The position numbers and the translations under genes were made by a program. A model generated the notes under the pieces. The model searched no databases. It saw only the letters and a list, made by a program, of their open reading frames with translations, and had not been told where the DNA came from. A stretch of 64,000 bases of DNA, taken from Eledone cirrhosa (taxonomy: Eukaryota). The DNA lies in the NCBI GenBank assembly GCA_964016885.1, contig OZ024741.1, positions 320,726,001 through 320,790,000 of the forward strand, written 5' to 3'. Position 1 is the stretch's first letter; each line of letters opens with the position of its first letter. Below are positions 1 through 12,825 of the stretch, piece after piece.

Positions 1-149
1 TCCCCCTTATTGGGGATTTCAATTCTTATTTTATTATATATAGTTTATTGTTATTTATTAATGTTAAAGTTATATGATTGTTATGTAAAACCCCCGCCGT
101 CACGTCTTGTAATGTCCCATTTTTGTACGCCCCTGTGGCAAATAAATAA

Positions 150-274
150 AGATATCTATCTCTATATATATCTATATACATATACATATATATACATACA
201 CATATATACATGTATATATATATATACACATAGATATATTTATATATATATATACACATATACATATGTATAGT

Positions 275-330
<56 letters not shown>

Positions 331-371
331 GAGAGAGAGTGAGAGAGAGAGAGATGTGTGTGTGTGTGTGT
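150..371. repeat. Compound microsatellite (TA)n/(GA)n/(GT)n
   Basis: Directly visible dinucleotide tracts; the overlapping ORFs are YI/ER/SL repeats. Confidence 0.95.
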
Positions 372-746
372 CTTTGTTTAGTGAGAGTAAAAACATTTAT
401 CATTTGTCAGAGAAACAAGAAGATAGTGTGGTAATTTGTAACTCGATGTTGACATGATATGAAACGACACATTTGCATATGTTGTGTTAGAATATTTGAT
501 TTTTGAGCTGTAGCATGAGAAATAGCGGAATACCAATTCGGAAATAGAACAGCAAACAGTAAATAAAAAAAAATACACTTTACAGAATTCACTTGACATG
601 TTTGAAAACGAACATGTTCTTATATCGACTGTCCTTCTAGAAATAGTTTTCCTGTGTTCAGAAACTTTCCATATCCACCAATAGACACTCATGTGTGTGT
701 ATATATGTGCGTGCGGGTGTGTGCCTTCGTGTATATAAACATATAT

Positions 747-810
<64 letters not shown>

Positions 811-873
811 ATATATATGTATATATATATGTACATACATACATACACATATACATTATATATATATAAATAA

Positions 874-928
<55 letters not shown>

Positions 929-932
<4 letters not shown>

Positions 933-982
933 AGTATGTATGTATACCTACATACATATATGTATACCGACGTACAGTAGCA

Positions 983-1028
<46 letters not shown>

Positions 1029-1442
1029 CAGGTACACATATATATATGTACGTATCAGTTTAGCGGACGTTTATTATAACGCCCGCTTTGTCCGTTTGTA
1101 AACAAACGGACAGCCTGATTTATGCCGTACGGTGTTAAGGCAACCACGTCACCTTTTTGTTCAACACTGACACAGGAACGATGTACTAGCTTCAAGCTTC
1201 TTAGCTATTATCAGCACCGTATACCCTTCTGCCAGATGGTTGAACGTTCGAAAGTATATACTTTCCTTATGGAAATTAACGGCTGAGCAGCCTAATTTGC
1301 ATATCGAGTGAGTTCAGTCGGCCAGGCGTACCGAAAACGTATGGCATAAATCAGACTGTCCGTTTGTTTACAAACGGACAAAGCGGGCGTTATAATAAAC
1401 ATCCGCTAAACTGATACGTACATATATATATATGTGTACCTG

Positions 1443-1473
<31 letters not shown>

Positions 1474-1582
1474 GCATGCTACTGTACGTCGGCATACATA
1501 TATGTATGTACGTATACATACATACTTACATTTAAGTAAGTGCCGACTAAGAGTGAGAAATGAAATTTCGTTTCATTCTATT

Positions 1583-1590
<8 letters not shown>
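929..1590 (-). mobile_element. Non-coding Penelope pLTR/retrozyme-like cassette with inverted partial copy (same family as 63118-63915)
   Basis: About 929-1130 is the reverse complement of about 1338-1531; homologous to 63118-63560; contains a hammerhead motif; flanked by (TA)n. Confidence 0.7.
1178..1220 (-). ncRNA. Type I hammerhead ribozyme, degenerate copy
   Basis: Minus strand: acggtg CTGATAA tagc taagaa gctt GAAG ctag TA catcgt; two core changes relative to the intact sister copy at 63398. Confidence 0.65.
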
Positions 1591-1636
<46 letters not shown>

Positions 1637-1637
<1 letters not shown>

Positions 1638-1824
1638 GCGGTGGATTGGCAGTATCGGTAGAGCGTCGGACGCCATGCTTTCCAGCATAGTTACGTCCCT
1701 TTACGATCTGAGTTCAAATCCCGCCGAGGTTGACTTTGCCTTTCATCCTTACGGGGTCGATAAAATAAAGTACCAGTAATGCACTGGGTAATTGCTGGCC
1801 TTGTGCCTAAAGTAGAAACAATTA
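1637..1824 (+). mobile_element. tRNA-derived SINE (about 190 bp, abundant family)
   Basis: A-box-like TGGCAGTATCGG and B-box-like GAGTTCAAATCC; central GACTTTGCCTTTCATCCTTACGGGGTCGATAAAAT domain; several near-identical copies in the window. Confidence 0.85.
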
Positions 1825-1886
1825 TATGTATATTTAACAAAGGGTAATTTTAGTTAGTTGTTAAAATGATTATAACAGTTGTTAGA

Positions 1887-2128
1887 TGTAATAACATGAT
1901 TATTAATTTAAATAACAAGGATAAATGATTTAGTTTATATATAAAGGTTCACTTCACTTGAGTCAAAAAGAAGAATAAACATGAATCAAAAAGAACAATA
2001 ATCAAGTTACCACGAGTTGCGAAGGTTGACAATGTTATTTTGTTGTTGATGTGAAAACAGCGAGCGACCAGATAAAGTTTGTTGGTGGATGTAGTCCGTG
2101 GTAGTAGTTCTCGTGGTGAGTCTGCGAC

Positions 2129-2177
<49 letters not shown>

Positions 2178-2516
2178 GTAATGGTCTGTAATTGACTGTA
2201 AAACACTAGAGCCTGAAGGTAACGGTGAATCTTTACATAGTTTGTTGCTAACGTAATGCTCCGATCTCTCTGTTTGTCTACAGACCACTGGGGCCTGAAG
2301 GTAACGGTGAATCTTTACATAGTTTGTTGCTAGCGTAATGCTCCGATCTCTCTGTTTAAACGTGGGAAAATATAGGCTTTATATACCTGTCGCTTTCTGT
2401 CTCCCACCTTGAGGGGATAGCCCACTCATGGACGTGTTCACACGAAAAGGGCGGTGACCTAGAGTTTGACCTTTCGGTGTCATCCAAGGTTCAAGGCGTG
2501 GACAGATTTCGCTACA
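1887..2516 (-). mobile_element. LTR-like element, copy 1 (TGTA...TACA termini, internal (GA)n, internal ~80-bp duplication)
   Basis: Direct repeat of 3665-4328; TG...CA ends; TATATAAA on the minus strand near 2380; no clean TSD. Confidence 0.55.
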
Positions 2517-2852
2517 TTAGTTCCCTACCCAGATCGATGCAAGAGCAACGATCGATTATAAAGGGGTAGCGAAATCCGATTCTAGAAGCGTGTCCCAAAA
2601 CACGCACAATGTGGGTACTGCGCCCGCATTTCGAGTGCAGAGAAATTTGGAGAGAGAAAAAAATATATATCGTATCACTGTGTATGCATGTGTGTGTGTA
2701 TCATTTAGAAAAAAACTGTAAATATATGTATTACTGGATGAACGTTGGGGTTACGGTATCGGATTACGATATGGTAACACAGAGGACTATTTCTCTCGAT
2801 GTATCATCATACGTAAGATTCTCTTCCAGTGAGTCGTGGTTTACGCTATGAC

Positions 2853-3122
2853 ATGAGTGTGTGCAATTTTGAGTTGCGTGCTTGAGTGAGTTCAAGCGAG
2901 TAGTAATAGTGGGTTCTTTATCATGTGTTTAATAGCTGTTGCCGTACCTCGAACCGTTGTATATCGATGTATTATCACACGTATTATCATGCTTTTCCAG
3001 TAAGTCAAGGTTTTGCTAGGATATGAGTGAGTGCAATTTTGAGTTGCGTGCTTGAGTGAGTCAAAGCGAGTAGTACCTGTGGGTGAGTTTCTCATTGTTT
3101 AATAGCTGTTGCCGTATCTCGA
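2853..3122. repeat. Local direct repeat of about 95 bp (2853-2952 / 3023-3122)
   Basis: gtgcaattttgagttgcgtgcttgagtgag...tgtttaatagctgttgccgta occurs twice. Confidence 0.8.
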
Positions 3123-3664
3123 CCAGTTGAAAAATGATCTCGCTGAGACCCAACCGAATCCAGAATATACCATAGAAAAAACATGTTGGTGTGTGACAAA
3201 GAAAATGATGTGTTTGATGCGAAACGTGTTAATCATACAGGCATATGATACAGTAAAACGAATAAAAAAAATAAAAAATAACATTCATATATAACCTGTC
3301 AAAAATTTTTTTTTTATATTTACATAATTGTTTTTTACAAAAAGTTCAGTTTTCTCTTCTTTATGTGATCGTTTTCTTGCTAGGAAGCTAGTAGTATTGT
3401 TTGGTGTTGTCGTTGTTGGCGATTACGTAGCAAGTGGTGAAGTGTTTGGTATTGAGTTCATGCGAAGTTACTATAAATATTCCGTAGAATGGAAGTTTGG
3501 TGCAAGAAAGTTGTTGATATTGGCAAAAGAAGCCATAATCAGATCAAAAAGGCTGCGTGAGGTTTTGTTGTTTTTTTTAAATACCGTTTCGTTTTTGCTT
3601 TTTTTTAAATCACGTGGGGTTCACCAATTTAACGAAGGGTATTTTTAGTAAGAAATTGATAGAT

Positions 3665-3916
3665 AGTATTAACATGATTATTAGATGATATAACAAGAAT
3701 AAATGATTTAGTTTATATATAAAGGTTTACTTCACTTGAGTCAAAAAGAAGAATAAACATGAGTCAAAAAGAACAATAATCAAGTTACCACGAGTTGCGA
3801 AGGTTGACAATGTTATTTTGTTGTTGATGTGAAAACAGCGAGCGACCAGATAAAGTTTGTTGGTGGATGTAGTCCGTGGTAGTAGTTCTCGTGGTGAGTC
3901 TGGTTTAGTCTGCGAC

Positions 3917-3991
<75 letters not shown>

Positions 3992-4323
3992 GTAATGCTC
4001 TGTAATTGACATAAAACACTGGAGCCTGAAGGTAACGGTGAATCTTTACATAGTTTGTTGCTAACGTAATGCTCCGATTTCTCTGTTTGTCTGTAGACCA
4101 CTGGGGCCTGAAGGTAACGGTGAATCTTTACATAGTTTGTTGCTAGCGTAATGCTCCGATTTCTCTGTTTAAACGTTGGATGATACAGGCTTTATATACC
4201 TGTCGGTTTCTGTCTCCCACCTTGAGGGGATAGCCCGCGCATGAACTTGTTCACAAAAAAGGCTTGTGACCTAGAGTTTGACCTTTAGATGTCATCCAAG
4301 ATTCAAGGCGTGGACAGATTTCG

Positions 4324-4328
<5 letters not shown>
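3665..4328 (-). mobile_element. LTR-like element, copy 2
   Basis: Homologous to 1887-2516 over its full length and ends in gatttcgctaca. Confidence 0.55.
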
Positions 4329-4354
<26 letters not shown>

Positions 4355-4502
4355 GTTATACTTTGGGAGGGTCATGTTGCCAATAGGAAACACACGCACC
4401 AGTTGTATCACTTCAATTTATTATAATAAATTTATAAATTTAGGAATATATAAATTTCCGGTTGGTTGGTTGGTTCCACAACCAGATGGTTGTTTATATA
4501 TT

Positions 4503-4545
4503 GTCAAAGTTCTTTCGTCACACATTCTGTGACCTCTTCAGTGAC
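4503..4545 (-). ncRNA. Type I hammerhead ribozyme in the 3' pLTR of the Penelope-like element
   Basis: gtca CTGAAGA g gtcaca gaatg tgtgac GAAA gaac TT tgac; stems I and II pair, minimal stem III. Confidence 0.8.
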
Positions 4546-4751
4546 TGGGGATTCTTTTCTTTGTTTTTGTGCCTCTCCTTTGTTCTGTCCTACGCCATCT
4601 TGTTTCTGTGTGTGTGTTGTGTGCTCAGTCTGCGCATGCGCCACATCCGGGTGTCTGTGTGTGTTTATATTCGTTTATTTATATGTTTATTTACATGTTA
4701 CTGGTTGGTTGTTTGTTCTATGTACGTGTAGTTTTCATTTTGTCCTTAATT

Positions 4752-5700
4752 TTAAGTTGTGATGTTGCTGTTCCACTCATGTTTTCTATTTAATTTTGGT
4801 TGTAATTCTTTTATGTTTATTGCCTCTGTGATTTGTCTAAACATTGCGTCTTTTCTGTGTGTAGATTCTATTTTTATTTCTATGTTCTCTAATTTACCCT
4901 TATGTTCTATTTTAGCATGTTGGTAGAGCACAGATGATTCTTTACTATCTTGAAGGTCTCGCCAGTGTTCATTTATCCGTTCCCCTACACTACGAGCTGT
5001 CTCACCTATGTACATTATATTTTTATCTCTACATTGTCCTTCAGTACATCTTATGCTATATACTACATTTTTAGTTTTACAGTTAATATGGGGGCTTAAT
5101 TTACAGGTTATACATTTCTTATCTATACAGGGGGGTGTTTGAAAAGGGTATGTCTTGCTAATAAGTGTTTTTATGGAGGTATCTGGTATTTCTACTGTCT
5201 TAATATTGAGTTTATGTTTATCTAGGGCCCTTCTAAATTTGTAAGCTAATTCACCTCTAGGGGTTGTATCGATGAACATTACACTCTGGTATTTATTGCT
5301 ATCATACCATGAGTTTATTCTATTAGCCTTGTTCCTAGTTCTTTCTATTCTATTCCAAAATTTGCTCCTATACAAGGGGCAGGTCCCATTTGTGTCATTA
5401 TTTAACATTTTTTCCCATTTGGTTCTGGCTCCTCTATACACTCTGATTTTATCTCTCTGATTGTAACCAGAGAACTGCATACGGTGGATGAAGTGTTGTA
5501 TGTGTCTCTCTAGTTCTTCGGGGTTGCACATGCGGGACACGTTTCTCATCACCCGTACCAAATCCGCAATCAGTATGTTTATTTTGGTATGGTCCGAAAC
5601 AGCTGAGTTTCGGTGGATCAGATATTTGGAAGTCATGGGTTTTGCATAATGGGAATGGAGGATTTGTTTTTTTGTTATTAATGGTATCTAACCAGCTCAC
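4752..5700 (-). pseudogene. Penelope-like ORF C-terminal part: RT thumb, linker and GIY-YIG endonuclease
   Basis: ORF 4752..5636: Cys-rich linker (CIDKKCITC..C), NVVYSIRC and MYIGET..RINEH motifs, terminal EAINIKELQPKLN. Confidence 0.9.
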
Positions 5701-5720
5701 TGGTATCAATCCCACGGAAC

Positions 5721-6134
5721 TCAACGGAACTCAACATTGCTCTCACTGATCATTTCTACGCATTTCTCCCCAGCAAAATCCACGTCAATAGATGGATACA
5801 GGGACACAACATCCATACTACCTATTATGCAGTTTGTTAGGTCCCTAGATCGGTTACTCTCGCCGATTCTGCCGAGGAGGTCCTCCATGCTGTCACATAC
5901 ATCTGGGGACATTTCAATGATGGGGTGTATGATCAGGGAGAGGAAGTAGGACAGTCTGTAGTTACTAGCAATGTTAGCTCCACAGACTGGCCGTGTTGGT
6001 GGTCCCGTGACAGGGTCACTGCTCGTTTTATGGTCTTTTCGAAACCCATACAACGCTGGCACGTCATTGTTCCAGGCCTGGAAGTTGTTGGCAGTCCTTT
6101 TATTGGGCTGCATTATATTTGTGCACATCACCAT
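5721..6134 (-). pseudogene. Penelope-like reverse transcriptase N-terminal fragment
   Basis: PALYGFRKDHK, PTRPVCGA and SMDVVSLYPSI are PLE RT motifs; the YxDD region is missing; a 10-bp duplication (acggaactca x2) lies at the break near 5714-5733. Confidence 0.85.
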
Positions 6135-6482
6135 ATGGGCATTCGAGTCTCAAAAATAAACGGACAGTCCATACGGCATCCGTTGCAAAGATAAACTCTC
6201 GTCAGAAGGATCTTTTCACTCGGAGAATATAAAATTCCCGAGTTCAAATTACGAATTGGCGCTATTCAAAATTGTTCCTGAGATGAGAATGAATGATGTG
6301 GGAGCAATTCTTTCAAGAGCCGTGTGTAAAGATAGAAGCAAAGGCAGGGAGGTCAACTTACTACCACTATAACTAGCAGCAGTCAGAACGACCAAATTTT
6401 TTTCTCTTTCTTTTTTTCCCGACCATATATATATATACATATAGATATATATATATATATATATACATATTTATATATATAT

Positions 6483-6558
<76 letters not shown>

Positions 6559-6632
6559 TTCTTTTTTAAATTTGTTCTGTCCTTTACCATCTTGTATGTC
6601 AGAACAAAGGAGAGAGACTAAATATTACCCCA

Positions 6633-6675
6633 GGCACTCAGGAGATCACAGAATGTGTGACGAAAGAGCTTTGAC
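6633..6675 (+). ncRNA. Hammerhead motif, degenerate inverted pLTR copy
   Basis: ggca CTCAGGA gatcacagaatgtgtgac GAAA gagc TT tgac; homologue of 4503-4545. Confidence 0.6.
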
Positions 6676-6765
6676 AGCATATAAACAACCACTTGGTTAT
6701 CGAACCAACTAACTGAACGGGTTCGTGTGTTTTTATTAGCACCATGACCCTCCCAAAGTATACCA

Positions 6766-6819
<54 letters not shown>

Positions 6820-6821
<2 letters not shown>

Positions 6822-8340
6822 CAAAGAGGGTGTGGTAAGATACCAGGTGGACCATAACGCACTAAGTACTCGATACTTGGGGTAGTAGAGTGGGTAATAT
6901 GAAAAAATTCAGGAAATCCACCGCTAAGCTCCGGCCGTTTTGACTTGCTAGCTCTGAACTAAGACACCAGTATTAGAACGGCGGCAATCTATCTGAACTC
7001 GTCATATCTGAGCATGCACTCAACCAAAAAAAGCAAAAAATGTAAGCAAAACATTCTACAAAGTTTGTTGTTTATCCTCGTCTTTCACGCGAAGTGGTCA
7101 GTCATCTGGGATGTTATGTATATAGTTTATGAGCTTCATGGCGCGGGGGGGGGGGGGCGAAATATAAGGGGGAAGGGGGAAGAAGGCGCACTGACCTGGG
7201 GATACAAAGCCAGTCAGGCATGCACGCACAGCATTAAGAGAGATTTCATCCCATATAACTATTTATAATCTGCATGATGCACAAATTTACTCTTAGGTAT
7301 TACCGGACAGTTGCTATGGAGGGCACAGTATATAGAGTTGACGTTTATTGGCATACGAATTTATATTATACTAGAGTTTAAGCACCACCACTAACTATAA
7401 CGTCTAACCTGTTAAAGAAACCTATTAGCCAAACCTCAATGTTTTTTTCCTTTTTCTAATGTTTGCCGATATTTCTGAAATGCATGTTAAACTGAGACTT
7501 TCAGGCTTTTTGAGGAATTTGCTTTGCTATAGAATCTTAGCTAATTTACAACAGTACTAGAGAAGAGATGATTAGTACTAATCTTTAAGACTAAGGATGA
7601 ATTTTGTTAGGGTGTTTGAATATAAAGGAAAAAACAAGAAAATTATTGTATGAGGTGCCCTTCCCGGGCCTTAGAGTAAATAATAACTAGATCTCTTTGT
7701 GAGGAGCTGAATTAGTAATAAAATATAAATGCTTGACTTTTTAGCCAAGTGTTAGATAAGGCAAATTTAACATAAATACTCTACGCTACCCTCTTTTACT
7801 TATATATGCCGAAAATATTTTTCTTTTCTCTCGTTTATTTTTTATCCCTTTCAATTGACGTTTAGTACAATACCGATTCTACAGATTATAAATAGTTGTA
7901 TAGGATGAAATCTCTCTTAATGCCGTGCATGCGCGCCTGACTGGCTTTGTTTCCTCAGGTCAGTCCAACTTCTTCCCCCTTCCCCCTTGTATTTCGGCCT
8001 GTTTAACGTCACCCACCCACTCCCCGTCGACATGAAGGTATTAAATTTTATACATGCCATCCCAGATCACTGACAACACCCCGCGAAAGACGAGAAAAAC
8101 AACAAACTTTTTATGTTTTTTTTGCTGTTTTTGCTTTGAATGCATGCCCATATATGGACTGTACCTCTTGATAAATTCAGCTAGATTCCCGCCGTTCTAA
8201 TACTGGTAGCTTAGTTCGGATCTAGCTGTCGAAACGGCCGGAGCTCAGCTGTCGGGGCCCTGAATGTTTTCATATTACCCACTCTACTACCCCAAGTATC
8301 GATTATTCTCGTGAGTAATGGTCTAACTGCTTTTTACCGC
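6820..8340. mobile_element. Foldback/MITE-like element with diverged terminal inverted repeats of about 450 bp
   Basis: About 6820-7272 is the reverse complement of about 7882-8340; no ORF; terminal segment recurs at 18605, 34663, 48157 and 63942. Confidence 0.65.
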
Positions 8341-10005
8341 CTCCATTCTGTTCTAAAGCAAACAAACTTCAGTAAGCTGAATCTATCCTTTAATTTCATT
8401 TTAGAAACTTTCTTTGGGAGTGTTCAGATTGTTGAGCCGCAATCAAGGGAAAGAAATATCATAGTTTGACTTGATCCAATTTTTTAGGAACTTTTTTAGA
8501 TCATGTATTATACTTGGACTCCTTCTTGACTGAAGTGATTTCTACTCACAATTATTAATATGCGCAATTGCATCTTTAATTATGTTTCGATCTGATTGTT
8601 TCTCGCATGCATCACAGTGTCCTCATTTTATTGACACAAAATCAGCGTATAATGTTTTTCTTCTCCCTATACATTGATTTCTAATTTAGGTATGTTTGAG
8701 TTTAAATGTCACTCAGATAATCTGTTTCGTTCTTATATTCAGGTTTCATACATTACTTACATTGCCCGTAAGCTTGCAAGCTAAATATATTCCTCGAAAA
8801 GGCATGCATAATGGGTCTTTCATATCTTTGTTGGGTTCTCCTCGTCGTCGTTGTATTGTTGCACAAAAGAACCTTATCAGATTATTCGGTTGCGTGAGCA
8901 ACATTAAAAGCATGTAGGATCTATTTTTAAACAATACTATATGATTTGGGGATTTGATAATCAGTAATGAACTTTTGAAAGATACACATAACCTATCATT
9001 TTCTTATTATGGTGCAGATGGAAACATATTTGATAACGTCAGCTGTTTTTAAAATGGGTCTCAAACTGCTTTAAAGTAAGATAAATCTTTAATTGTCTAG
9101 TCAGCGTGAATGTTATTTCAGTACTCTCCTAACGCTGAAGATTTAATAGATTCATTGATAAAAACACCTTTTGGCAAATGAAGCACATTGATAATAAATT
9201 GCATGCAATGATGGAAATGTAGTTTGGAAGCTAGGTATACGATAATCAAGGATTTATATTCAAGTGTGACAGAAGGGTCTATAAAGGAGTGAGTGAAATG
9301 ACTTGATGATATTTTGATCTCTTAGTTTAGTCAAGTGTAATAATGTAATATGCATTTCTATGGATCTCACGACACTATACGAATCTAATATTCATAACAT
9401 CTCCTGCATTTAAGGAATAACGAAACGAAATGCTTTCCCATATTATCTTTAATTAACCCTGCATATATGTGAACAGCTGCACAATATATAATCAGAAGAA
9501 TCTACACGAAAATGATCAGCAGTGAAATGGTAAGAAACAGTTCGTTAAACAGCCGAAATTCTTCCAAATTTGGCAATACATAATTGGCAAACCTTCAACA
9601 ATGTTGAAGATATTTCATATTAAACTCGCGAATTGATTGTGAAATGCGTTCATCAGCGAATAATTTGAATATAGTCTCTATTCTCTGCACCTACCTTCTT
9701 TAAACGTGAACGGATAGTCAGAATCGTTGCTGATTTTTATGTTTATCTTAGCGGGTTCATTATATTTAAAGTAGAACAATCTCTCTATATAACCCCTGGT
9801 CGCTTGCCACGTGGCGACATGATATATGCTGCTACATAATGAAAGGGGATTCTCATATTCAAGGATTGCCCTAAATTTAACTTCAGATGGTACGAGAGGG
9901 TGAAAAGAAAGGATGTTTGATGATGAAGGTTAAAAGAATAAATTGTTGGACACAACGATACAAATGTTCAACAGTTGATTCAATACAATAATTTGAATAA
10001 CTGCA

Positions 10006-10120
10006 TATACAACTAAAATATCTACAGCTAAAATACAACTAAAATATCTACAGATAGGGATACAGCTAGAATAACTACAGATAGATATACAGCTAGAATA
10101 ATTACATATAGAAATACAGC
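10006..10120. repeat. Short degenerate minisatellite (about 13/26-bp unit)
   Basis: atacaactaaaatatctacag / atacagctagaataactacag repeated about 4 times. Confidence 0.7.
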
Positions 10121-11337
10121 CTCGATTAAATAAATGTAGTGAAATATTTCAGAATAATATCTCAAATAACTACCCAGATATACAACCACGATGAAAGATT
10201 ATAATAGTGAGGCAGTTCAAATGCAAATCGACAGAATATGAGATGGTAATGTATTACAATCATGCATAATTACATACATGGAAGTATTCATATACACACT
10301 TACACATAACAACTGAAGTCCATTTTCCCACACTTTAATTTGAAAACCTTTTAAGACGGACTATTTGACAAGTAGGTGAAGGACGGGTCCCAGTTGCTAA
10401 TTTTCATCACTACTTGCTTGTAGGAGAAGAAATAAAATCATAATTTAGATATCATTCTACCGACATTTCTTCTTTCGTTGCCACGGTTATATCTATAAAG
10501 AAATTTACTATTATAAATAATATAATATATACTATGTATAAATTTATATCATATATTTTCTATTTTACTACACTTCTATATATGTATCATTTGATATTTA
10601 ATATGCTATTATATCATCTCTACCGCCACTACCACCACCCCTTAAGCTCCAGCGCCCCTGGACTTTCGCAATGTCCCCTGGGAGTGGTAGCACTGAATTG
10701 AGAACCTCTGATCTAGACCCTCCAACAAATTTGCCTCTCTTTAATTCATTTTTCATGAAATATCTAGCCAAGCATACCCTGCTCAAAACACCAAAAACAT
10801 TCTTCCTGAAACTGGGGAGAAAATAATTCAGGTATAATATTATTTATTAGCTAGTTTGTAGTTCTCAGCATACATCTATTTTTTAATGCTGCGTTTTTGA
10901 AATATGTTAATACCTATTTAATAATTTTCAGAAGTCATTGATATATGAAATCTGTAAACAATTCCATTTAACCTCACCAACACTCATACCGTCTTGCATA
11001 TTTATTTAGTGTTTCATTTATCAATATTATGGCAATTGCGTTGAAGACTACAGTTTGCTGACGAAATCAGAAGAACGAAACTTGCTCGGAGAAAATAATA
11101 TGTGTATGTATTTATTTATTGAAGGGTTCCATTTCGGAAACCAGTGTTAGTGATTTAAATCAAGCTGACGCGTACTGAATAATATCTACACTGTTCATTT
11201 ATTAAATTATCCAGTACAAAGTTAACTAATAACATCATATATGTATGTCTATATATGTATATTATTTATATTATATACACACACACATATATATATATAG
11301 TAATAATAATAATAATGTAACGTTGAAACGCCCACGT

Positions 11338-11660
11338 CCCGTAGGGTTAACCGCCAATAGATTCAAGCAGCGTCTTTACATGCATACTCATTCTTTTTTT
11401 AACCCTTTAAGAAGGAATATGACGTCACTTTCAGCTTATATCTGGAGTCTAAAAGACAACCACCCCAATATAGGTTACACTGGGAGATCCTAGCTAAGGC
11501 TAGATCCTATAACGGAAATAAAAGACCATGTGACCTCTGCGCCGCTGAAGCCCTGGAAATACTCTACGCCAATGACCACATCTTAAACAAAAAATCTGAG
11601 GCAATTTCGGCTTGTAAACAAAAATTGCATAAAACTTTCCTGTATTACAGCGCCACATTA
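11338..11660 (+). pseudogene. Penelope-like GIY-YIG endonuclease C-terminal fragment
   Basis: VGLTANRFKQRLYMH..SF..TSLSAYIWSLK, then after a frameshift CDLCAAEALEIL..LNKKSEAISAC; parallels the end of ORF 36196..37734. Confidence 0.8.
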
Positions 11661-12074
11661 TACCCTAACGGATAGTACGAACAATACACGGATAATTTAC
11701 ATATTGATGTGGTAGCTAAGTATATTTTATGTTTATACCATTACTTATTTGTATTGGTAAGTATATATTACCTGTATGTTTTGTGAAGGTACGTATACTT
11801 TCTCGTACGTATATTTGCTTATATTTGTTATAGGTGTATATATTATATAATATATACTGGTACATGTGTATATGGTTATGTGTATACGTGTATATTGCGT
11901 TTGTGTGTGTATGCGGGTTTTCATGTATATAGGGTGTGTGTATATGCGTATTTTGTGTTTTGGTTGACGTACGTTTAGCGAACATATGTGTATTTACCTG
12001 TAGGTAGGTGTGTGTGCGCGATATGTACGTATGTATGTGTGTATATTTATATACGTTTATATAATTATATGTAT

Positions 12075-12158
<84 letters not shown>

Positions 12159-12825
12159 TTTTTTTAAATATATTTTTATGTGTATTTGGTGTATACGTTC
12201 GTATGTGTGCGGGTACAGGTGTTGCACGGGTTTTTGTATATGTGCGCGTGTTTTTGTGTACGTGCTTCTATATGCATACCCATGGCGGGTGTTTTGGCGT
12301 ATGCATGTATATGTACGTATATGGATACGTGCATGTATATATTTAATTATTGCTGATTTCAATAAGTTCTGTTATTTATTTACATTATTCTTAACTCTGA
12401 AACCGAGAATCATTCGGTTTCCTAAATACAATTTTAGCCTACGACTTCATTTATACCATAAACGTGGCTTTGTCTTTGCGCGTAATTGTTCTCATGATCC
12501 ACATAATGACGTATTATCTTCGCTTTTTTCCGTTCATTGCCAGGGAACTTCTCCACGAACCACCTAAATAAAATATTAGTCCACGACTTCATTTATACCA
12601 TATTGTCTTTGCGTGTAATTGTTCTCACCGGTCCAAATAATTGTTTCTACTTTTGGCACTAGGCCAGCAATTATCCCAGTGTATTACTGCTACTTTATTT
12701 TATCGTTTTCTTTTTCGTTCATTGCCAGGGAACGTCTCCACGAACCAAAGTATCGTCTTCCTGCCTTCCTTCAGCTGCAACGTTTTTCGAAATATTTACT
12801 TCTGCGTTCACAGATTGAATCTTTT

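Larger units (their letters stand above)
4352..6768 (-). mobile_element. Penelope-like retroelement, 5'-truncated and internally deleted, with inverted pLTR copies
   Basis: RT and GIY-YIG fragments on the minus strand; about 4352-4556 is an inverted homologue of about 6620-6768; both carry a hammerhead motif; embedded in (TA)n. Confidence 0.85.

Noticed and set aside
1-160. Possible LINE 3' tail (aataaataaa followed by atct repeats)
   Set aside because: Cut off by the window edge and has no diagnostic coding sequence
10-1063. Many ORFs of 60-185 aa rich in YI, CV, HT, SL or ER, here and throughout the window
   Set aside because: They are translations of dinucleotide microsatellites, which lack stop codons
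1225-1275. Plus-strand hammerhead-like words (cagatgg..GAAA gtatatac TT), also at about 63453
   Set aside because: No stem I partner; the convincing motif in this family is on the minus strand
1637-1725. tRNA gene or CRISPR-like repeat interpretation of the recurring SINE heads
   Set aside because: No full cloverleaf; the copies are dispersed with a constant SINE body; no repeat-spacer array or cas genes in a eukaryotic context
8730-8773. Possible micro-exon (ttcttatattcag..gtaagc)
   Set aside because: Splice-like words alone, with no supporting exon chain or homology
11053-11092. CTGACGA...GAAA word pair
   Set aside because: Stems I and II cannot be paired
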